Assembly: GCA_000708835.1 (NCBI GenBank)
Contig: DF237352.1
Coordinates: forward strand, 21,352 to 85,351
Direction: 5' to 3'
Source: Klebsormidium nitens
Lineage: Eukaryota > Plantae > Klebsormidiophyceae
DNA length: 64,000 bases
Positions 1 through 11,795 of this stretch are shown here, one piece after another; position 1 is the stretch's first letter, and every line of letters begins with the position of its first letter. A program made the position numbers and the translations under genes. The notes under the pieces were generated by a model. The model searched no databases. It saw nothing but the letters and a program-made list of their open reading frames with translations, and had not been told where the DNA came from.

Positions 1-495
1 TATGTTATGAATACGCCACAGACCTCTGGTGTACCCACAGAATAGGCCTGTGGGGATTTCACACCTTTGCATATTCCTACCTGCGTTTATTCACATCTAT
101 GCGTAATGACAGGCCCGTGGCGTATTCACACCTCAATGGTGGCTTTGCACACTTGCCTTTGGTGGTTCACTCTCGTTGCCATGACGCGGCTGATCTTGCA
201 TGGTCGGCTCGCCATCTTTCTCAGTTTGCACTTGTTTCTGCAACCACAAAAGGGCCAGTCCTTAAGTTCGTTCAGGTACTGAGGTGACTAAGTCAGAAGT
301 AAACTAGAAAGACCAGGGAAACTGGCCATAATTCGTCAGTCGCGTGTATAAAGGTACGACAGAACAGCGAACTAGAAAGCAAACAGAGACACAAAACCAT
401 ATTATATATCATTCTTTGAGTTGAAGGATCAGATTCAAAAGAGAGTGTGGCCTGCGAATACCAGGATTGCGACTTGCATCTGCACAACGTTTTGC

Positions 496-1824
496 CTAGA
501 AAGCATAAGTACAAGGCAGCCGTTCATGTGATAGCCACTGTGCAACCTTCTTCTGCTTGTTGTCATGATACTTTTTGATCTTGGCCGCTTGGCTCCGCCT
601 GTAGCGGTCCGCGTTCACTAGCTTCTTCTTCAGGTCGTCGATGATCGATGTGAAAGTTGAATTGAAGGAAGCTGCAAGGATTCATTTGCTAAAGCTGTTA
701 AAGTGTTGTATATGACCCTTGCTTATAAACGCTCTGGTTGAAATACCAGTACAGGTTGAATCTTAACCCAAAACCATGACAGGTTTCGAAATTGAATGAG
801 TTGAATGAATGAGTTGAATTGAATGAGTTGAATGAATTCATGAGTTCTAGGAAACTGATTATATTCAAGGAGCTCTTTCTGCAGTCACAAGACTCTAGGC
901 AATCTACCTTTGAGACTTGCTAATCTGAAACCAAACAACGAGCAGAACGAGAATATTCCCAGCAGAGAAGATGCATATGCGATTTCAAATTCTTCCTACT
1001 GAATTATCAGACGCCACATGCACAGAGCAGACGGTGTGCTTACCTCTTGGCCACTTGTAGACGCTGCCGTCCAACCCTGTGACCTCACAACCTCGCTCAT
1101 CGTCTTCCAGGATCGAATCAAAGATCTTGTCTCTCCATTCGAGATCCTGTGGATTCTTCTTGAGGTTGATGTTCCTCAGCCTCGTCAGCTCGGCTTCTGA
1201 GGGGATCTCTTTTGCCTTCGCTTCGTTAGGCATGTAATCACTCAGTCCTAGATCCGCTGCTACACGGCTGACCACACGAGCATGGAAACTCTGCAGCCTC
1301 CTGACCCCATTCTTTCCAACAAGCGTTGTATACTTCTTGCTGTGCCACAGCGTTTCGAACAACTTCGAGGCAGTCATTGGCGAGGTTGGAGCTGATCCCC
1401 TCTGCGACCTACCCTGAGCGCTGTTCCCTCCACCTGAATCATTCACTTGTTGAGAAAACTTCCCTTCCATGCTTTCTCTGAGAGGTTTACCATCTTGAAC
1501 GCCTCTCTGCAGACCGACCGCAGCTTCGCTTCCTCCGTCTCTTGTTTCTCCAGCCTGAGCAAAAACTTCTCTGCCTGCAGCTTGTGATGAGAGCCAAGAA
1601 TCTCTCAGCTCCTGCAGAATGGTTTTGTGACCTCTTTTCACTGCCAGTCCGCTGTCCAGATCCTTGAAATCTTCTATGAGATCGTCTCCTTTCTCCCCCT
1701 CTGCCAGGAAAACTCTTCCGGTGATTGCTTGGTCGATGATGAACTTGGTATACAGGTCGCATCCAAGCTCTTTTGAAATTTCCGCTGCAAATGCATGCTC
1801 GTCCAGAGCACGTACGCGACTCAT
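496..1824 (-). CDS. Two-exon gene, N-terminal SAM-like domain plus uncharacterised helical/basic C-terminal region (about 318 aa)
   Basis: Exons 1044-1824 (ATG; donor AG/gtaagc) and 496-671 (ttgcag acceptor; TAG) join in phase 1, giving ...YKWPRASFNSTFTSIIDDLKKK... The N-terminus LYTKFIIDQAITGRVFL...LAVKRGHKTILQEL fits the SAM consensus Y...F....IdG..Ll...Gh+.kil by eye. Confidence 0.65.
790..846 (+). repeat. Degenerate (TTGAATGAG/GAAT)n short tandem repeat in intron
   Basis: attgaatgagttgaatgaatgagttgaattgaatgagttgaatgaattcatgagt read directly. Confidence 0.7.
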
Positions 1825-2411
1825 TGTTGCACCTCTTCGACCTTACACAGGAGCGACGCGCATGCACGTGTCATGTGCTCCACCGAGCTTTACTCCACTT
1901 GCTTCGAAGCTCCTTCTTGAGAGTTCGCAAAGAAGCAGCTGCGCTTCTCAAAGACAATGACTCAATGGAAGCTCAATCGCTCAATCGCTCAATTGCTGTA
2001 AAATTGGAAATTGTGCCCTTTCAAACTTTCACGCGGGCTTCCTAAGGCAGTCTTGGCGCAGTTTGACTAGATACAGCTTTCCTCATTTTCGATATGGTTT
2101 CGAAAATCGGTTTGTCCCTGCCGGTTGTTGCCTGTCCAAACACTTGGTTAACCGACGTCAAATGGTATTATGCCTGTCCAAAACGAGAATTTACCGAAAC
2201 CAGGTTTCCGATTAACCCCTATGTTGTCGATTGACGATATCGATCTTACAGCCCCTTTCGAGCGTCTTTGAGCACAGGATACACGGCAAAGATCATGCGC
2301 GCTCTTCGAAGTAGATGACGCGCACATGATCAGCAGAGGAAAGCGTCGCTGGCGCTAGCGGGGCTGTACCCCGAAGGGGGAGGTGCCTGTCGAAGGACCA
2401 GTCACCCTAAA

Positions 2412-5400
2412 ATGTCGAGTCGTCTAGAGCCAGTTAACCCGGAGGGCAAAGTGTGGTGCACATGTCCATTGTGCAAATCAAGAGGGAGCAGAGAAGGACG
2501 GTTTGTTTCCGCTTCCACACGAAGAAACCACCGTGCGCGCGAGAAGGATGTCGATGCCGGAGCACATCTAGAGCAGCTGCAAGAAGCGCGAGGCTCAGAG
2601 AATCAAGATTGGGGGGGTGATGGGGGAGGTGAAGATCAGGGATGCCTTGAAACGGAAAGGCGCTCCAATGATTCTGAGGAATCGTCAAGATCCAGAAGCA
2701 GCAGCGGAGCTGAAAGAGTCGGTCAGCGAGCAAACGTTGAAAGCTGGTTTACAGGCGGGCAACTGCCAAACTTCGAGCTTGCAGATGATATCATGGATGA
2801 AGGATCAGAACGGCAAGCAAATGGACCAGCTTCCGTCTCTGATGTTGAGCTGAAGATCATGGACTGTCTAGTTGACCTAGTGAAGCTTGGAGATGTAGCA
2901 GGGCTCAGCAACGAGACCATGGACAAGCTAGTGAAACTATGCATGTCCGCGACCGACTCGATTGCTGCGGCGATCGACCCTCATTGGAAGGAAACGGTGA
3001 AAAGGCTGGGTTTGCCACAGTCCCATGACCAGGTAGGGCCCCTCTCTCCGTTTAAAGAGGCAATGATACAATACTTATGTAATCTTTCCTTCACCTATTC
3101 GTGTCTCATCAATTTGAAAACTCAAAGTCAATGTTGTCCGTTTGAGTTTTTGTCAATATTAATCCAGTTTTGAAGTGCAAATCAGCTGCAAAGTTCCTGA
3201 TAATCGCGCGAGACTCTGTAGAGAAAGTTCTCTCAAGAACTTCCCGAATAACAAACATTCACTCGAAAATTCTCTTCAAGAACTCTCAATGATGATCTCT
3301 TCAATTGAGCCGTCTTCCCGCAGCTTGTCACGTGTCCTTTGGAAAGATTCGTAACAGAAATTCGAGCTCCCTATACTCGTTTCTGATTTCAGAGTCCTCA
3401 AGGGGTTGAAGCTTAGAACTCTGCTTTCTGAGTCGCTAGCCACCCCCCCAAAGTCCCTTGTCAGATCCCCCGGCCAGCCAGCCGGTTTTGTCAGTAAAAC
3501 AGCCATCTCGCAACCTCCTTTTTCGTCCCGATTCCATGCTGTTCTGCTTTCTAACTTTAAAATCGTGTTATGCATCGGCCAGTGTACATGTCTAGTCTCC
3601 GAACAGCCGATCCATGAGTTTTCTATTCTCCGAACAGCTGATCCATGACTTGCCTTGAACGGATTCACCACAAATTAACCCTGAGATTTAGCCTCCGCAA
3701 ACCCGCATCTGTGACCCCACGTGGGGTGCACCCTGCAGTTTTCTCCCCTCACCGGTTTTCGACCTGCCGCGCTGACGTCATACTTTGAAGTTTTGAGTGT
3801 TTCTCTTTTCGCGTGTCTTCCCCAGTATCTANNNNNNNNNNNNNNNNNNNNGACCGGTTTTTGACCTGCCGCGCTGACGTCATAAGTTTGGCTTTGTCGT
3901 TTCTGTCTTTTCGCACACCCTTTCTGGCAACAAAACCTTCAACTGCTGAGTCGCTTTTATTCAGTTTCCCCAACCTTAACCAAAAATCTGACCCGTCAAA
4001 ACCTGCTTTTTTGCGTTTCCAGCCTTTTCCGCCCCCTTTGAGCAGACCGCGCCGCGTGCTTACCCGTCCGTTTTGACTTCTAATTCGACCTCCCCCTAGT
4101 AAATAGGACCTCGGCAATCCATTCCCTTTCAAAGTCTCTTTCTGTTTCACAATTGCCTCTCCGTAACCGACCCCGATCGAAACCTACCTCCAGCCAACAG
4201 CCGAAACAGCCACCAGTCACACCCCCTCTTTCCAGCCACCAACTAACCCAAAGCACTCGCCCCGCATACGCCTGAGAAGCTCTCAAAGTATAAAATAAAA
4301 GAACACGATAACCTCTCACAGCTGTCTTTTCTATCTTCGTCGATTCGTTTCTCGCAGAACCACTTACCAGAAAAATCAATCACGCCTAGTATAAATCATC
4401 CCTTTCCCCGAACAAGACTATCTTTGCTGACGTCCAGCTCCCCTTGTGCAGTTGTCTACTTACCTCGCGAGATCGTCACGTCTGCTCGGAGAAGTTCAGA
4501 CGTACCGCTGGCATCCCGGACCCGGCAAAGGGAAGGACAAGGGCCACTGGCACCTGTTCGCACCCAGTCAAGAGGACTGCAAGTCCACTCCGTGCCCCGG
4601 GTGCGAAGACCGGCCAGGCAGGCCAGCGTGGCGAGACTGCCCGGAGCACCAGGAAAAGTGCCCCGACTGCGGATTCTTGCGGCGGGATGCCTTTGAACTC
4701 CCCTTCATCTCCCCCGAGCTCCATGCTCGCGCAAAGCTAACCACGGTCGAGGGGTGCAAGGATGCCACGGTCAGGGGGGCTTGGGGGGAGCGAGATCACT
4801 GGTTGGGGAAACCGAAAGGGGCGGTACACGAGCCGCAATTTGAAGTATGGGACGGGGAACGCTGGCGAGACGACTCGGCTTTCTTCGACCCGCAATCCAG
4901 CTTTCTCCTTCCGTTGAAGTGCGAGGAGTGCTGCAAAACCCGGAGCGTGTATTGCGCCCAAAACTTCAGACCCCCGTGGTTCACCCGCCCTACCCCCGAG
5001 ATGTGGTGTGCGGAACGGAAGCGGTTCGAAGCTCGGTGTCCGATCTGCAAGGGGGCAATCGTTGCAACTTTGGAGGAGCTCCAAAGACGGGGGGATCCAA
5101 GAAACCTGAAGCTCGGACTTCACTTGGACGGGTTTCCAGCGGCGACCACGTCCAACAAGTCAAGCTGCATCATGGACCTCTTCCCGATGACGGTCTCGAA
5201 GCTGACCCTGCACAAGGGAGCGGAGGACTGGCTGTGGCCTGTCATGTACCCCCAGAAGATGCAAATAGTCGCCGGGCCGGACAGCTATGATGCTTTCATG
5301 CTGGTCCTTGTCCTCGACGCCCTGAGGCTGTTCATTGACGGCGTCGAGATTGACTACGCCCTTCTCCCCGAGGAGATCAGCCCCCATCTCCCCCCCCGGA

Positions 5401-8400
5401 GAGGACCGGTTAAGATTCGGATGATGGTCTCGAGCGTTTTCTCCGATCTTCCGGCGCTCGCGGACATGCTCAAGTTCAAGCTGGGGGGGTTCCACGCGTC
5501 CAGATCCTGCAAGCACGTCGGCGGCTACGTCGACGGAAAGCTGGTCTACACGGACGGCCGCCGACTCGCCCGCGACGGTTGCGAGCCAAAGAAAATGGAC
5601 GAGGTGGCGGCGGCCATGCTGGAGCACCTGGGGGCGGAAACGAAAGCCGAGCGGACTGAGATCGGGCACCGGACAGGCGTGATCGGGTTCAGCATGCTGC
5701 TGATCCTGTCGGCGGCATTCTGTCTGCACCTCGTGCATGACGTATGCAGCGACTTCCTGCACTGCGGGCCGGAAAACCTCTGCAAGCATCTGGTCCGCGA
5801 CCTGCTGTACGGAGTGAGCCGGAAGCAGGGGGAAACTACGACGATCGTCGAACCCCCTCGGGCGGATCTGAAAGAGTTCGGGAAGCGGTTAGCGGGGATC
5901 AAGCCAACGAGAAAGCTCGCCAGCGGCCGGTGGCCCGCGGACCCGGCAAAGCGGCCCCTCGGCTGGTGGAAGGCCGACGAGCACATGAAGGCGGCGACCG
6001 TGTGCTTCGTCACCGCCTTTGCGGGCATCACCGACCCGGAAGCCTACGCGGTTGTCCAGCTCGTGGCCTGCATCCACACGCTGGTGTTCGTCGTCGGCAC
6101 GAGGGGCGGGTGGACGGCCGAGCTGGCGCACTTGTTTCGGCAGCTGTGCAGGGCCAAGCTGGTCCGCGCCGAGGAGGACGCGCTCCCCAAGCTGCGACCG
6201 CTCGAGCACGAGACGTGCCTGCACATGCCGGCAAACGTCCGGATGCACGGCCCCCCCGACGCGTACTGGTGCTACGCGCAGGAGCGATACATCCGGAAGC
6301 TGGTAAACACGCCCAATAACGGAAAGCAGATAGAGACGACCCTCCACGGGCGGACCTTGGCCGCTCTCACGGTCGGGTGGCTGCAGCGCCGCCGACGAGA
6401 AGAGCAGCTTCGCGCGGCCGGCCGGACGACGGGCGACGAGTCGTGGGAGCGCGCGCGCGCGCGCGTGGCGGACGGAGTCCTCTTTGCCGCGTCGCAGCAG
6501 GAGGCCCGGGGCTACTTGACGGTGTTGGAGCGCGAGCCGCCACGCGACGGGAGGCCGTCGGACGAGCGGCTTTTAGCGAGCATGCGAACGGAGGGTGTGG
6601 CAATCGGTCAGCTGCCGGAAAATTGGGAGCGGCGGTCCTTCATGCGCCTCGAAAACCCGCAGCGGCTGGCCGTCGAGAAGATTCTCGACAAGGAGGCACG
6701 GGGTGCGGGGCAGAACGGGGTCCGCACCGTCCGGTTGGAAGCCGGTACTGTCAAACGGGTGAAGAGCATTCAGCTGGGGGAGAACAACTTTGCGGTTGGC
6801 GACTTTGCGGTGCTGCGACCGGAAGCCGCGGGCGGATTGGACGAGTACGTGCTGGTGGACTCGTTTTTCACAGCAAAGCCGCTGAACGGTCCCCGGCGGG
6901 TCTTTGTCCAATTTTCAGCCTTTCAAACCCAAAAAGACGGGGTAACCGGGGAACCTCTCGGCGGGAGCCACCACAACTGTCTCATGCTGGACCCCCTTGA
7001 GCAAGACCAGGAGCGCGTCCGGCTGGCTAGGGACCTGCATCGGCACTTTGTTCCCTACCCCACTCCCGGCGAGACCGTCTTCACCGGGAGCAGCCACGTC
7101 ATCGAGGTGGCGCAGAGCGGGTTCGGGTTCGATGCGCACGACGTATGGGTGCCGGTTTACCCCCGGGTAAGCAGGCTCACTTTTCAAGGACGCATTTCTA
7201 AGAGTGTCCTGCTTTTCTTTCCTTCTCGGCGCAGAGGTACATCAAAAAATTTGACAACCAGATTTTGACTTTGCTTTCGACTTTTGTAGTGCCACAGTTA
7301 TGGCTTCAAAACGATCATCTCAGTTTTAGGCGGTTCTCAGTATTGGGCGGCACTCGAGGGAATATGAAGAGCCGGATCCTTGTTGCGTTTCAGAATCTAA
7401 AACCGACAGGTTGCTTTTCATCCGATGTTAATTAGTAAGCTGCAAATTCGACCGCTCCTCATCCAATCTACGATACCGAAGCTTCAGAAGCTTCTTGGAA
7501 GGCGCTCTGATGTACTCGCTTCTTCCCAAGACGGCTCCCTAACTGCTGTCGCTTCCTTGTGAGTGAAGCTGCTAACAATCTGAGCTGAATTCAAGCGGGT
7601 TTATTTCGGTCACCTCACTGTGTGATGAAGCTTTCGTTTTACCACTGGCCGCTGACTTCCACCTAATTCGAGGTGACTGCTGTCACGGATCCGTGATGAC
7701 AGGCCGTCCGTTTTGCATCGGCCGAAGGGGCTTTGAGAAACGATTCTTGTCGCCGAGAGCATCTCTCAGATACGTCTTCGAATGCAGTCAATACTTCTTG
7801 AACAAGTGATTAAGCTACTATGAACTTGCTCTGACTTTCATCGAGTAGGCCAAGAGAGGGCACGGTGACACATCGCGCTCTCTGGTCGGTTAATTCTTGA
7901 CCGTTTGGGAACCTTCTAAAGACGTCACACGATCATTCGTTCTGAGAAAGTTGCAAAGCGGCGTTGACCGGCTTCGGTTGTTTGGTTGTTTTCATTCTCG
8001 AATTCGGCATTAATCTATTCGATTAGTATAAATTCTGAATGCTTTCTAACTGATCTCAATCATTCTTTTAATGACGCGTCCACTGTATGGCAGCTTCGTA
8101 GCCAAACCATCAGACAAAGCAACCCGGGCTTTGCAGGTTGGGGACGTGGTGCGGCTGGCGGTCCGTGAGCCTCCGGAAGTCCGCCAAGAGGGCGTCGAGG
8201 GGCAGTGGGGATACGGAGTGCCGTACGACATCCTGAAGTCCGTACGGCCTGACTTTTCTCTCTCGTACGCGCTGGTCAAGCAAGTGAGCAGCGGCCAGGG
8301 GAGGATGGCCGTCGTGCAGTGGCTGCGGCGCTCGGAACCCGCTGCATCAGACGGGGAGGAAAGCGATTGGACGCTGTGGCCTATAGCCGGGCGCACGGCG

Positions 8401-8589
8401 ATGGACGTAGATGACGTCAGTGGGAGCGAACTCAGTGAGAGCGAGGACGAAAGCGCGGGCGAGTTCGAGCTCAAGCGAGTCACCTGGAACTCGATCATTG
8501 ACGTCGTGGAGGCGGTCACAACGGTCGAGGACGAAAAAGGGACAGTGTTCCGCTTCAAGACGCTGCCGCCCGTAAGAGTACGAATCTAG
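2412..8589 (+). CDS. CACTA/EnSpm (Tnp2/Transposase_21-like) DDE transposase with two C-terminal BAH-like modules, about 1262 aa, three exons
   Basis: Exons 2412-3032 (CAG/gtaggg), 4452-7166 (tgcag/; CGG/gtaagc) and 8137-8589 (ttgcag/) all join in phase 0 with no stops. Family motifs: N-terminal WCTCPLC...NH, GLSNETMDKLV, LGLHLDGFP, SDLPAL, DFLHCGPENLCKHL, HETCLHMPANVRMHGPPDAYWCYAQERYIRKL. The last junction reads PVYPR/VGDVVRL. The true last exon is uncertain (see finding at 9524). Confidence 0.85.
3832..3851. other. Assembly gap (20 N)
   Basis: Run of N, flanked on both sides by the same sequence GACCTGCCGCGCTGACGTCATA. Confidence 0.95.
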
Positions 8590-9374
8590 GGTAGGGCCAA
8601 GAACCGAAAAAAAACCGTGGGGAGAGGGGCCGGAAACGAGGATGGGGAGAGAAACGGTTGGCTGACGTCAGCCGAGAGAAGCGGTCGATTTGTCGGAAGC
8701 TTTGGATTGGTCGGTGAAAGTTGCACGGGAGTAAGCGCGAGCTCAGTCCCCGGAGAAGTGGCTCCGGAAACGGAGATCAAGGAAACCGGAACCGGAAACG
8801 GAACAGAGAGCGGAACCGAATCGGATGCCGGAAGTGAAACGGGACCGAAGCGGAGTCGAAAGCTGAATCAGAACCGAAAGTGGCACGGGAACTGGAAACG
8901 GAACGGTGAAGCAACGGAGGAGGTGGGGAAGACTGGAGGGAAGATTGGACCTCGACCATCGGTGCACTGTCTACCGCTTCTGGACGTGCCCGCCCGTGCG
9001 GGTCCGCATCTAGAATGGACGAGCTTTCATAAGAAAGGCGTAAGTTTTCAAAATCGTTCCTTCTGCTTTTGTCTCTTCTGAATTTGTGAGTGTTTCGGTC
9101 GAGGGAAAACCATTCAGAAGCGTTTGTCGACAAGTTTTCGTTCTATTTTACATCTGGTCAACTTTTGGACCCGGCGCACCAACCTCTTTCTTTCGGGGAC
9201 CTCTTTTGATTGGCAGATGTACACTGTGTGCGCACAAAGGAGTCTGCACTTCCTGATCGAATTGCGAACGCGCGTCTTAATTACGGTTCTTATCTGCTGT
9301 TCCTACAGCTCTCCGACTGATTGAAGCTGTTGTTCTTCGAATTCGGGTTGACATCTCGTTTCGAATGTAGTGCA

Positions 9375-9500
9375 GTACTTTCAGGCTTTTTGTTCATTAC
9401 TCTCAGGCTTTTTGAAGTACTCTCAGGCTTATTGAAGTACTTTCAGGCTTTTGCCGTTTTCAGGCTTTTGCAGTACTCAGCAACTTTGCAGTACTCTTAG
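9375..9500 (+). repeat. About 20-bp degenerate tandem repeat (TACTYTCAGGCTTTT...)
   Basis: Five to six successive copies, e.g. gtactttcaggcttttt, tactctcaggctttttgaag, tactctcaggcttattgaag, tactttcaggcttttg. Confidence 0.8.
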
Positions 9501-10774
9501 CGCAAATCCATCTGATTTCGCAGGGACGTTCAACCACCCTTCGCGCTGACGCACGATGAGATCGGCCTGCCGATCGAAAGAACGGAGGCTCTCCCGTGGC
9601 GTCCTGAGGACTGGGTTCGCGCGGACAACATGGAGACGGGCAGCGAGTACGAACGCGCATTCCCTGCAGAGCAAGCGGCCGACCCTGGGAACGACGCATG
9701 GGACAGCGAGAGCGACGGCGATGTGTTCGAGTAGTTGGACGTGTTCAAAAGTGCTTACGTAAGCCTTCCAAAGTCTTGCGACCCGCAGTGGCTCTGACGA
9801 CGAGCATCTTGTGCAGAACGATGAAGCTAATCAGTTAAACTTTCACAAGCCTTCAGGTACAAACGGTTTGGCATCAGAAGAATAATGATGTTCTCAACGC
9901 TTCAATGCATTGAATGTAAGTTCAGCAAGACTGTACTACTGAGAACGGACGATGTTTGTACGCTGGATAGTTGGCTAAAGAAAGTGGTTTGTTGATCAGA
10001 AGCTTTGATCAGCAAACGGCAATTCAATTCCCCTTTGTGCAGTTCCGAATTTCTAGATATTGCCCGATGGCCACAATTCCTGGGACTCGCATTTGCTCGC
10101 TTCCAGCGTCAAAGAGTCCAACGGGCGTAGGGGGTTCTTTGAATCATCCACGTACTTTGTGAGTTTCGCCAATTTTTGTCCAGGATTCAGCTTACGATGC
10201 TCCTATGAACAACCTGCAGGACAACAGATCGTCCGAGTGGGTTCTCAGCACCGCTGGGCGTATGGACCACCTCCACCGTGCGCGTGACAGTGCGCGCGCA
10301 GCCGCCTTCTTGAGAGAACTGGCGTTGCGCTCAGCGAGGCGCAGGAATCCTTGCCAGTAGACTTCCTAAGTCTCACGTAGAATCACTGAGAGTCTGAGAG
10401 GGCTAGACTTGTGACGGATACTTGTAGAGTCAGCATGTGCAGGGAGGAATGAACATGTCTGACTATCTGACAATCGTAATTTCATTTGGATTTTGCAGCA
10501 CGTAAGTAGCTTGACAACGCGATTCCGTGCGGCTATCCATTCGATGACTCTGTAAGAGAAGGCAGACTTGAGAGCATTACTTCTGATGATTGCGCTCGCG
10601 TACGTTCCTACGAAAGACCACTCGATGTCATGACTTATAGAATCGAGCAGCATGTATGCAGTCGTGGATCAATGCTGAAAGCAAGTTGCAAACTTAGCTG
10701 CTCACTAAAGCGTTCGTGTAACCTGTGACCGAGTGGCCGTTCACATGATTCAATCAAATCACGTTGATAGAGTG

Positions 10775-11259
10775 CATCCGGCAACGTCCTGTGACCGGCA
10801 ACGTTAATCAAGGTTTCTGATGCTATTGCAATCTAGGCCCGGAGCTAACTAAGCCGTGTTCTGCCGGGCTGTCGGTCGACGTTGCCCGAGCATCTATTTG
10901 CTGCCCGGTGTTTTCTGCCCGACTACGCTGCCCGGTGGTATCCGCTGCCCGGGCACTCCGCCTCCCCGCCCTTCTTGCCCGGCCTGAACCTGGCGCGCTG
11001 CCCGGTCACCTCAGTTGCCCGGAGGAGTGTTCCTGCCCGGAAACGCGCTGCCCGGCCGGGGACATTCCTTGCCCGGTCAATCCGCGTTGCCCGGTCGTCC
11101 CGCGTGTCCGGGCAGGACGACCGGCAATTCTTTGCCCGGACACGTGACCGGGCAGGGAACCCGGGTGACCGGGCAGGAGGTCCGATGGCCGGGCAAAGCT
11201 TCAGAGGATGGGGATCCCCGGGCAAGAAGACCGGGCAAACCGCAGATTCCCCCTGTGGG
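10775..11259. repeat. Array of TGCCCGG / CCGGGCA heptamers in both orientations (transposon subterminal-repeat-like)
   Basis: More than a dozen TGCCCG(G) copies at about 10880-11140, switching to inverted CCGGGCA copies at about 11107-11237; ends in CTGTGGG at 11253-11259. Confidence 0.8.
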
Positions 11260-11795
11260 TCTCTTCACTTGCATTAATTAGAAGGCGGTGATGTCAATCG
11301 TTGGGAGACTTGGTCAAAGGCTCCGGCATTGCTCGGTCTCAGCGCAAGTACGTTATACATACCAATTTTCTGCTCGAAGAGACGTGATCACGTACACATC
11401 ATACACGAAAATCAAAGCCTCTGCAGAGGCTGCGCGTGTTCCCTTTCCAAAATCAAATCGACAAAAGGTATGGTGCACCGTTTTCATTGGGTCATGTTTG
11501 CAGGGCTGCCGTACGGCATAACGATAGTATATAGATCATTTGCGTCGATCGCATAATGAAAGGGTTTAAAACTAGTTGAACCTCGTAGCTGCGATTGACC
11601 TGATATATGCCAGAGCTACTAGTGGACGAAGTACTGCTTCCTACGCTCACTTATGTTGAAACTGAAAGTCACGAGTTTACCGTTTATGGTAGTAAAAACT
11701 TGGGTCAAGGACTGGAACTTCTGACACCCACCCTAATCTCTCAGTCGAAAACGAGCTAGCGTCCCCCGGTCTCTCCTTTGAAGTACACATAGCTT

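Larger units (their letters stand above)
2412..11259 (+). mobile_element. Putative CACTA/EnSpm-superfamily DNA transposon; probable right end at 11259, left end not located
   Basis: Transposase followed by repeat blocks and a subterminal-style motif array ending ...TTCCCCCTGTGGG. No matching left TIR or TSD found in the window, so the boundaries are inferred. Confidence 0.55.

Noticed and set aside
34-55. CCCACAG...CTGTGGG hairpin as left TIR partner of CTGTGGG at 11253-11259
   Set aside because: Only 7 bp match, no TSD (GTA before versus TCT after) and no TGCCCGG subterminal motifs nearby.
985-1100. HNH nuclease-like CEVTG...CSVH motif at the end of the 279-aa ORF
   Set aside because: The CSVH part lies beyond a strong phase-1 donor at 1044 and is intronic; the spliced product has no HNH pattern.
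3755-3884. Direct repeat GACCTGCCGCGCTGACGTCATA as a regulatory repeat
   Set aside because: The copies flank a 20-N gap and may be a contig-overlap artefact.
6449-6465. (GC)n alternating tract as a Z-DNA element
   Set aside because: In-frame coding sequence (ERARARV); no evidence of a separate function.
4424-7187. Numerous overlapping 60-209 aa ORFs on other frames and strands
   Set aside because: Shadow ORFs of the GC-rich transposase exon, with no independent motifs.
10775-11259. CRISPR-like array interpretation of this and the intronic repeat clusters
   Set aside because: Eukaryotic context, degenerate repeats without constant-length unique spacers, and no cas genes.
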